A stretch of DNA of 58,895 bases, counting the filler. It is 4 parts of 4 records of this genome, joined end to end, with 100 filler letters (N's around TTAATTAATTAA, not from the genome) between each part and the next. Parts side by side here need not be neighbours in the genome. Positions count along the whole stretch, not along the records: positions 46,768 to 58,895 come from SRR20825006_2213; 3 more parts are not named here. One strand, written 5' to 3'. How positions within the stretch are numbered: position 1 is the first letter of the stretch; the number at the start of each line of letters is the position of its first letter. The translations under genes were made by a program, and so were the position numbers. Of this stretch, positions 52,687 through 58,895 are shown piece by piece. The notes beneath the pieces were generated by a model that saw nothing but the letters and a program-made list of their open reading frames with translations, did not search any database and was not told where the DNA came from.

Positions 52687-54362
52687 GCCCTCTCCTCGCT
52701 CTCTCGTTCTCCCCCTGCTCCCATCAGCGCTGACGCGATCCTCGAGGCGTTCAAGCGCCTCACCAACGTCGACACCTCACGCTCGAAGCGCTCCTCCTCG
52801 TCGCGCTCGCTCGCTTCCTGCTTCCAGGAAGCCCACTCCTCGATAAACCGCAAGACATCCTCTTCGCTCACGCGCCGCGAGAGCGATCGGATCAGCTCCG
52901 CGCGCTCGGCGGTCGTCGCCTCGAAGTAAGCATCCGGGTACTCGAAATCCTGGACGTGCGTCCTGATATTCCCACAGATCGCCTCGACGTTTCGACCGCT
53001 CAACCCGAGCGACACGCAGCGCGCGCCCACGCGCCCCCATGCCTCATCATCGAGCTCCATAAACTCCTCGAGATCCGCGAGCATCATCTCTCTTATCAGC
53101 TTCTCGTAGTGCGTCGGCGTCGAGGGGCCCTTCACCGTCATCGGGTTCTGCGCGATCCTGCTCACCGTCGCCTCGTCCATATGCAGCGTGTTCGCGTCAC
53201 AGAGCAAGAACCACTTGCCATCCTTTGGCAACAGCGTCCCGTCAAAGATCCCGAACACCGCCCCGAGGTTCTGCTTCTCCTCCGAGCGCAGCTGGCCGCT
53301 CTCGCGCGACGCGAACGCCGTGTCGATGTCGGGCCAGTACACCCCGCACACGCCCTCAAAGCCATAGATCTCCTCGCGGAAGATCTTGACCAGGTTGAGC
53401 GCGCTCGCGTTCTGATAGCTCGACGCCCAGTCAGTGCGCTGCACGACCACGAACTTGGCGGGGATGTCGCGCTGCTTGCAGAAGTCGAGGAACGCGTTCC
53501 CCACCGCGTGCGCGGTCACCGTCTTGCCACACCCTGGCCGCCCCAACCCGAAGAGCACCGGGTTGATCCTCTTCGGGTTCCGCCCGAGCTCGAAGTCATA
53601 GCCCGCCACATCGCGCGCGAGCCGCAAGCCCGCCTCGAGGTAATCCTCGTTGCCGACGATGTTCTCCGGCCTGATCGGCAAGAGCCCCGAGGATGCCTCC
53701 TTCCCGAGCGGGCGCACGCGCAACCCCTCGTAGGGGAAGCCCGCGATGGTCACCTCGTCGAGCCCCTCGAGCGCCTTGATCATGGGTCGCGTGGCGCCCT
53801 GTTCGATCCACATCAACACCGCGCGACGCCCCAACTGTAAGAATGCATGAAGCGCCGCGCCGAGTTCAGCGCCGGGCTCTTTTTCAAAGGGACCGGGCGC
53901 CTTGATCCTCAAGTACGCGGCCGCGAGCTTGAGCCAGCGCGTGGCGAGCTGCTCGGGAGCTTGCGGCACCGCGAGCAGCTCGGGCAAGCCGTCCAGGTCG
54001 AGCTGCCCCTCGGGCTCATCGAGCGTGATCATCGTCGCGAGCTCGCGGCCATACACATCCGCCATCACCACGATCACCGCCGCGCCGAGCAACTGCCTGT
54101 GGGATTCGCCGAGCGTCACCTGTCGAAAGCTAGGCCCTCCGGCGAGTTGCTCGTGGAGCAACCCGGTGAGCGCGTGGTGGGTCGCCAGTGAGACGTCCAC
54201 CGCGTCGCGCAATAACTCCAGAATGTGCGACGCGCGAGCATCCAGCGGACCGAAATCCCCGACGGCGTGACTCGAAAAGTGCGCGACCAGGCCAGAGTCC
54301 TGGACCGCACCCGCGGCGCGCTCGGGCAAGAAGCCCTCTTTTGGAACCGTCACCTTGACCAT
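52683..54362 (-). CDS. AAA+ family ATPase, divergent
   Basis: IVGN, Walker A GRPGCGKT, pore-loop SSYQ, VYWPDID at the Walker B position, DAN sensor 1, SR, LSGR. Confidence 0.85.
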   Translation of the reverse strand: MVKVTVPKEGFLPERAAGAVQDSGLVAHFSSHAVGDFGPLDARASHILELLRDAVDVSLATHHALTGLLHEQLAGGPSFRQVTLGESHRQLLGAAVIVVMADVYGRELATMITLDEPEGQLDLDGLPELLAVPQAPEQLATRWLKLAAAYLRIKAPGPFEKEPGAELGAALHAFLQLGRRAVLMWIEQGATRPMIKALEGLDEVTIAGFPYEGLRVRPLGKEASSGLLPIRPENIVGNEDYLEAGLRLARDVAGYDFELGRNPKRINPVLFGLGRPGCGKTVTAHAVGNAFLDFCKQRDIPAKFVVVQRTDWASSYQNASALNLVKIFREEIYGFEGVCGVYWPDIDTAFASRESGQLRSEEKQNLGAVFGIFDGTLLPKDGKWFLLCDANTLHMDEATVSRIAQNPMTVKGPSTPTHYEKLIREMMLADLEEFMELDDEAWGRVGARCVSLGLSGRNVEAICGNIRTHVQDFEYPDAYFEATTAERAELIRSLSRRVSEEDVLRFIEEWASWKQEASERDEEERFEREVSTLVRRLNASRIASALMGAGGERESEERA

Positions 54363-54600
54363 TGCCGCAACCTCTTCCCCAGAACATGCGTGGAGCGCTT
54401 AGAAAAACCGATCGATTCCGTCCGGATCACCTTGTCAGCGTGCCCATCTGACGCTAACGTGTCGGCACCTCGACGAAACGTTGATGTAGAGAACCCGAGG
54501 ATGGCTTCGGTAACTACATGACTCGTGCACACACGGGTTGTTGTCCCTTTGCCATCCCGACGTCGAAAAACCCTTTGTACTGCAACAGGAGTGTAGCACC

Positions 54601-54867
54601 ATGAGCGAGAGTTACTACAAGGTTATCGATGGCGTGAAATATGACCGTGCCATGCTCGAGTTCTGCGACGAAGCCGTGGCCGGCGCTGGCGATGGCCGCA
54701 TCTCTCAAGCTGACGCTGAGAAGCTCTACGAGCTCGTCAAAGACGGTGACAAGTACACCGACATCGAGAAAGCCACGATGAAGTACGTCCGCGACAACTA
54801 CAAGTGGACCGAAGCTGCTGACGAGTGGTTCCGCTCCGAAGTTCGCAAGTGGGCCGCGAGCAAGTGA
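54601..54867 (+). CDS. Small hypothetical protein (88 aa) with EF-hand-like loop
   Basis: AGGAG RBS + ATG 54601. MSESYYKVIDGVKYD...GAGDGRISQADAEKL...WFRSEVRKWAASK. Confidence 0.85.
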   Translation: MSESYYKVIDGVKYDRAMLEFCDEAVAGAGDGRISQADAEKLYELVKDGDKYTDIEKATMKYVRDNYKWTEAADEWFRSEVRKWAASK

Positions 54868-54897
54868 TCCACTTCGCCACGCTGGCATGACCGGCGA

Positions 54898-54958
54898 GGC
54901 AAGAAAGACGAGAGGGCGCAGGATGTATCACATCCTGCGCCCTCTCGCGTTTCTTGCC
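54898..54958. terminator. Long hairpin between convergent genes
   Basis: Perfect 18-bp arms at 54909-54926/54930-54947, plus outer 9-bp arms GGCAAGAAA/TTTCTTGCC. Confidence 0.6.
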
Positions 54959-54972
54959 AGGGCGACTCGTAC

Positions 54973-56187
54973 TCAGGGCGCGAGCAGCTTGACATTAACC
55001 TCCTCGAACTTTGGACCTCGCCTGTCATCCTTGATGCGAACCTCGAGCTCGATCTCGACGGGTTCTCCGGGGAAAGAGCTCATCACCCACTCGGGCAAGG
55101 TCTCGGCGATGCACGCCACCGCGCTGTCATACACCGCGCCGTCAGCGATCGAACCGCTCGTCTGAATATTGACCAACTCGACCTTGCCGTCAGGGAGCGC
55201 GCGGATCGAGAGATCCACATCCGTCAGCGCGCCATCCTCCGAGTACATCGGCACCTTCCCCGCGCAACGGTCGATCGTGACGCGAGCCTTCTGGTCCGCC
55301 TCCTCCTTGAGCTTGCTGCGAAGCTTCGACGCCTTGGCGTACCCCTCGCCGAGCTTCTCGCAGCTCCCGCGCTTGCACACCTTCTTCAACTCGCTCAACT
55401 GCTCGCTGGCCGCGCCCTCCTCTACGAAGTTGCCATGGCATGGCGTCACCATCGCCGGGTCCTCACCGTAGGTAAAGAACAGGTAGCGCTTCCCCTTCTC
55501 GAAGGGCACCTCGGCGTCCGTGAGGCCAAGATCGCTGTCATCGAGCAAGCTTCGCTTCTTTTTGCCCGTGCACGCCTCCTCATCGTAGCGGAGCGTGAGC
55601 TTCTTGCCCTTCCTGGCCCCCTTGTAAGCGGTCGTCACCTTGACCTCGATCGCCGCGTTGTGAAAGCGACCGGCGAAGCCCTTGCCCGCATCGGTCACCT
55701 GACCGACGAACACACCGGAGGCCCTGCTCGCGCGCTCGGTGACGCTCCCCTTTCCCACTGGCTTCATCGCCAGCGAGCGAACCGCAGGCCCGATCGGGGC
55801 TTCTTTAAGCTTCTCGGTGTATGCGCAGGTGGTCGTGGTGAGCTCGTCATCCTCGACCGTCGCGAAGATCAGGTAAGAACGATTGGGTCGAAAGTCGAAG
55901 CCGCATACCTCCTCGTTTAACCCCGTCTTGACCTCGACCTCGTCCCCTTCGCTGGCGCGCCGCCCCTTGTAGTTTTTGGAGACCTTGACCGTCGCGATCC
56001 AGGCGCCATCATCACGCTCCTCGAACGCCTCGACGGTCCCGAAGAAGATCTCGGGGGTGTCGATGACAGCCTGATCGATGCTCGAGGCGCGCTTGCACTG
56101 GCACGCCTTAGCGCTCGCTGTATCGACCGCCCACATCGACGCGCTCCACGCGAGCGCCATGATCACCACCATCCACAATCGTCGCAT
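54973..56187 (-). CDS. Secreted protein with two TIMP/NTR-like domains and a C-terminal TonB_C/AgmX-PglI-like domain
   Basis: Signal peptide ending AKA-CQC. FxGxV...V...YKG...C...F..G/N..YL.F...C pattern occurs twice. Confidence 0.7.
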   Translation of the reverse strand: MRRLWMVVIMALAWSASMWAVDTASAKACQCKRASSIDQAVIDTPEIFFGTVEAFEERDDGAWIATVKVSKNYKGRRASEGDEVEVKTGLNEEVCGFDFRPNRSYLIFATVEDDELTTTTCAYTEKLKEAPIGPAVRSLAMKPVGKGSVTERASRASGVFVGQVTDAGKGFAGRFHNAAIEVKVTTAYKGARKGKKLTLRYDEEACTGKKKRSLLDDSDLGLTDAEVPFEKGKRYLFFTYGEDPAMVTPCHGNFVEEGAASEQLSELKKVCKRGSCEKLGEGYAKASKLRSKLKEEADQKARVTIDRCAGKVPMYSEDGALTDVDLSIRALPDGKVELVNIQTSGSIADGAVYDSAVACIAETLPEWVMSSFPGEPVEIELEVRIKDDRRGPKFEEVNVKLLAP

Positions 56188-57643
56188 CCAAAGCCTCCTC
56201 GCCGCTCATCGTTCGCCACCGTCGTGTCCTGTCATGTAAGTGTAACGTCAGAAGCGCCAGCAGCCAAACAAGCATCGGGATCACCCCTCCACGCCGCGCG
56301 GCGAAGAAGGGGGCGCCCCCCTGGCTACACGCGGCGCCCTCGCTGACATCACTGGCCAGGGGGGCGCCCCCTTCTTCGCCTTGCTCCGCCGCCTCGAACT
56401 CGCCACCAGGAGACTCCACCGGGAGAACCTCGGTCGAGGATGTATAGACCTCTTCGATGACCGCTGCCCTGGGGGCGCGCTCGACGTGGAACAGCACGAC
56501 CTCGCTCAACGGCTCACCGGGCATCCTCGCCCAGACATGATGCGATCCTGGGGGCAGGTCGATCTCGCAATCGACCTGCCAGAACCCCTGCGGTTCGGCG
56601 CGCGTCGTCGCCACGATGCTCCCGTCCACGAAGACCTCGATCTTCTCTCCAGGCGCTGCCACACCCCCAAAGAACGGGCGCTCGTCGAGCAGCGCCCCCT
56701 CGCGCGGTTGCTCCACGCGAACACGCGTGGTCATCGGCAGCTCGACATGAACCGTGTATGCACGAGATGTCGTGTTGTTCGCGCTATCGCGAGCGAACAA
56801 CACGACATCGTGGCTCCCTTCGCCGAGGACATCGGTGAGCTCGAAGCGAACGCTGTCAGATGATCCCGCGATGACCTCACCGATCCTCACCCCATCGATG
56901 TCGAGTGAGACCATCGCGCCGACCTCGCCGCGCGCTTCGATCACCTGAACCGGAGAGGCGCTCACCGAGTTGGCCGCTGGCGAAAGAAGCTCGACCGCTG
57001 GTGGAGCATCATCGAAGACAAAACGAGCTTCGTGGCGGGTGGTGTTTCCTGCCTCATCGCTGACAAGCACCAGCACATGGTGCAGCCCCTGCTCCAGCGT
57101 CTCGGGGAGCATGACCTCGACCGCTCCGGGAGAATCAGCGCCATCCTCGTATCGCGCGCCATCGAGCCAGACCGACCACGAGGACTGCTCCGCCAACTCG
57201 AAGCGCACACGGCGAGGGCGTTCGGAGACGAGCGATCCGTCACGCGGCGCCCGCAACATCACTTCGGGAGGTTCGACATCGACCACGATGGCAAGGTGCG
57301 AGCGCGTGAAGTTCCCCGCGCGGTCTTCTGCCCAGATGTCAAAGGCGTGCTTGCCATGAACCAGCGGGACATCAGGAGCCCAAGTCCAGACGCCGCTCTC
57401 TCCGGCGGAGAGGCGCACAGGGGACTTCCCCGCGCGCAAGATCCAAACCCACGCGCCAGGTTCTGATTGTCCATGGAAGATCGGAGAGGTGTTCGAGGTC
57501 ACTTCGCCGTCATGCGGCGAGAGGACCGAGAGCTCGGGAGCATCGTTATCAGCAGTTCGAGTCTGCGCCATCCCCCCCACGGGGCAAACCATAAAAGCCA
57601 ATACGATCACAGCGCATCGCGCTGCGAAGGATTGCTTTGTCAC
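56108..57643 (-). CDS. Secreted bacterial Ig-like repeat protein with degenerate MYXO-CTERM-like tail
   Basis: Signal peptide. Repeats of P.L.VLSP..G...G.H......D.AGN. Tail GAACS...LVWLLALL...RTRRWR. Confidence 0.8.
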   Translation of the reverse strand: MTKQSFAARCAVIVLAFMVCPVGGMAQTRTADNDAPELSVLSPHDGEVTSNTSPIFHGQSEPGAWVWILRAGKSPVRLSAGESGVWTWAPDVPLVHGKHAFDIWAEDRAGNFTRSHLAIVVDVEPPEVMLRAPRDGSLVSERPRRVRFELAEQSSWSVWLDGARYEDGADSPGAVEVMLPETLEQGLHHVLVLVSDEAGNTTRHEARFVFDDAPPAVELLSPAANSVSASPVQVIEARGEVGAMVSLDIDGVRIGEVIAGSSDSVRFELTDVLGEGSHDVVLFARDSANNTTSRAYTVHVELPMTTRVRVEQPREGALLDERPFFGGVAAPGEKIEVFVDGSIVATTRAEPQGFWQVDCEIDLPPGSHHVWARMPGEPLSEVVLFHVERAPRAAVIEEVYTSSTEVLPVESPGGEFEAAEQGEEGGAPLASDVSEGAACSQGGAPFFAARRGGVIPMLVWLLALLTLHLHDRTRRWRTMSGEEALDATIVDGGDHGARVERVDVGGRYSER

Positions 57644-57791
57644 GGTTCAGGCGTCCTTTGCGAACTTCACGTTCGCGTGAGAATCAACGGTTACCCCCCG
57701 ATGATTCCCCCCATGGAGCGCGCTGTGGCCTCGAAGCACTCGACCGCACCACGAAAACTTGGATGCGAGCGAGCGCGAACAGGCTCGAAAC

Positions 57792-57826
57792 AAAAAAAGA
57801 AGGGGGAGCGTCATGCTCCCCCTTCT
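57792..57826 (-). terminator. Rho-independent terminator
   Basis: AGAAGGGGGAGC-gtcat-GCTCCCCCTTCT with an A-run on the + strand. Confidence 0.85.
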
Positions 57827-57893
57827 CCTCGAGTCTTTCTATGGCAGCACAAATTGACCGCCATTTGGTTTAACCTATGTCAAAAGCATAAAC

Positions 57894-58895
57894 TCACGCA
57901 ACCTTCTTCTGGCTGCCCTTCACCACGAGGTCGCGTCGTCGCGACCTGAAGAGGAAGAGCCCGAGCGCAGCGAGGAGCCAGGAGGCGCCGCCGACCGGAG
58001 CACCACCAGAGCTCGAGCAGCCACCGACGAGCATGAGCTCGACGTCATCCTCGTTCAACGCGGAGTCGACGGTGAAGTTGACGAGCTCGGAGTCGACCGA
58101 GTCCTCATCTAGCGTGGCGGTAGCCGAGACCGTGTGAGCGCCATCCTCGAGAGCGTCCTCTTCAGCGAGCGTGAAGGTCCAGTCGTCATTCTCATCAGCC
58201 ACGGTGGTGCCGACCGAAGCATCATCGATGAAGACCTCGATCGTGGCGCCAGCGGTAGCCGTGCCGACGATCGTGGGCAGGGAAGAGGTGGTGTCCCCTT
58301 CTGCTGGCGAGGAGAGCGCGATCATCAAGCCATCGCCTCCAGAATCAGGCAACGCCTCGATATCCACGATATCGCTGGCGGAGCCGTTCTTCGCCTCGAT
58401 GGAGTGAGGGCCTTCCTCGACCTCGATCTCGACCGACCAGTTCCCGTCTTCATCTGCGGTGGCCGTGGCGACCACTTCACCGTCGAGGCGAACCTCGACC
58501 GTGGCGCCAGGATCTGCGGTGCCGCTGACAGTGACAGTCCCTGCGGTCACCATGTCGCCATCCTGCGGCGAGCCGATGGAGACGTTGTTCACGGTGTCTG
58601 CGGTCACGGTGAAGTTGACCGGGTCCGCGGATGCATCGCCCGAGGTCGCGGTCACGACGTGAGGGCCAGCGCCGAGGGCGTCCTCGTCCTCGATGGTCAG
58701 CGACCAGTTGCCGTTCTCATCGGCCGTGGTGGTCCCCACAGAGGTGCCGTCGACGAAGACCTCGACCTCGGCGCCCGGCTCGGCGGTACCCGCGAACGTG
58801 GGCGTGGGTGTGGTGAGGTCTCCCTCGAGCGGCGAAGTGATATTCACCTCACCCATCATACCAGGATCGGGATCGAGGTAATCGGGCGTGCCGTC
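57894..58895 (-). CDS. Ig-like repeat surface protein with MYXO-CTERM, 5'-truncated at window edge
   Basis: Frame is open to 58895 (DGTPDYLDPD). Three SP.EGD...GTA.PGA.VEV..DG...ADENG.W repeats. Ends GGCSSSGG...WLLAALGLFLFRSRRR. Confidence 0.9.
   Translation of the reverse strand, partial: DGTPDYLDPDPGMMGEVNITSPLEGDLTTPTPTFAGTAEPGAEVEVFVDGTSVGTTTADENGNWSLTIEDEDALGAGPHVVTATSGDASADPVNFTVTADTVNNVSIGSPQDGDMVTAGTVTVSGTADPGATVEVRLDGEVVATATADEDGNWSVEIEVEEGPHSIEAKNGSASDIVDIEALPDSGGDGLMIALSSPAEGDTTSSLPTIVGTATAGATIEVFIDDASVGTTVADENDDWTFTLAEEDALEDGAHTVSATATLDEDSVDSELVNFTVDSALNEDDVELMLVGGCSSSGGAPVGGASWLLAALGLFLFRSRRRDLVVKGSQKKVA

Overview
The window is not one locus. It is four contigs joined by an artificial 100-nt spacer (44 N + TTAATTAATTAA + 44 N) at 9517-9616, 28853-28952 and 46668-46767, so no linkage should be inferred across the gaps. 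Taxonomy is inferred from gene content and style, not from a database search. Contig 1 (1-9516) is Rhodobacteraceae-like core genome: ctrA 3' end, ligA, recG, an MCP, an IscU-like scaffold, hisI, gluQ, a methyltransferase and trmFO. It also carries an uncalled 42-aa hydrophobic ORF behind alphaproteobacterial LexA boxes, followed by a multi-hairpin 3' RNA element. Contig 2 (9617-28852) is alphaproteobacterial accessory DNA: an IS3-type end, two LysR/oxidoreductase modules, a stretch of gene fragments, and a TTT-transporter/CoA-dependent carboxylate catabolic cluster. Contig 3 (28953-46667) looks like a marine gammaproteobacterium. It has a cytochrome c / MauG-like peroxidase / beta-helix operon, a subtilase, a PPTase, a secreted Leu-Pro-Gly repeat protein with a CRP box, gabD, a P450, rlmI, tas and the 3' end of arsM. 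Contig 4 (46768-58895) looks like Myxococcota/Bradymonadales. It has a divergent HtpG-like ATPase, a Ser/Thr kinase, two DUF4388 plus roadblock-like proteins, an AAA ATPase with an odd Walker B, a tandem TIMP-like protein and Ig-repeat MYXO-CTERM surface proteins. The best candidates for undescribed systems are the SOS peptide plus structured RNA, the MauG-like/beta-helix operon, and the DUF4388-roadblock/kinase/HtpG-like module.
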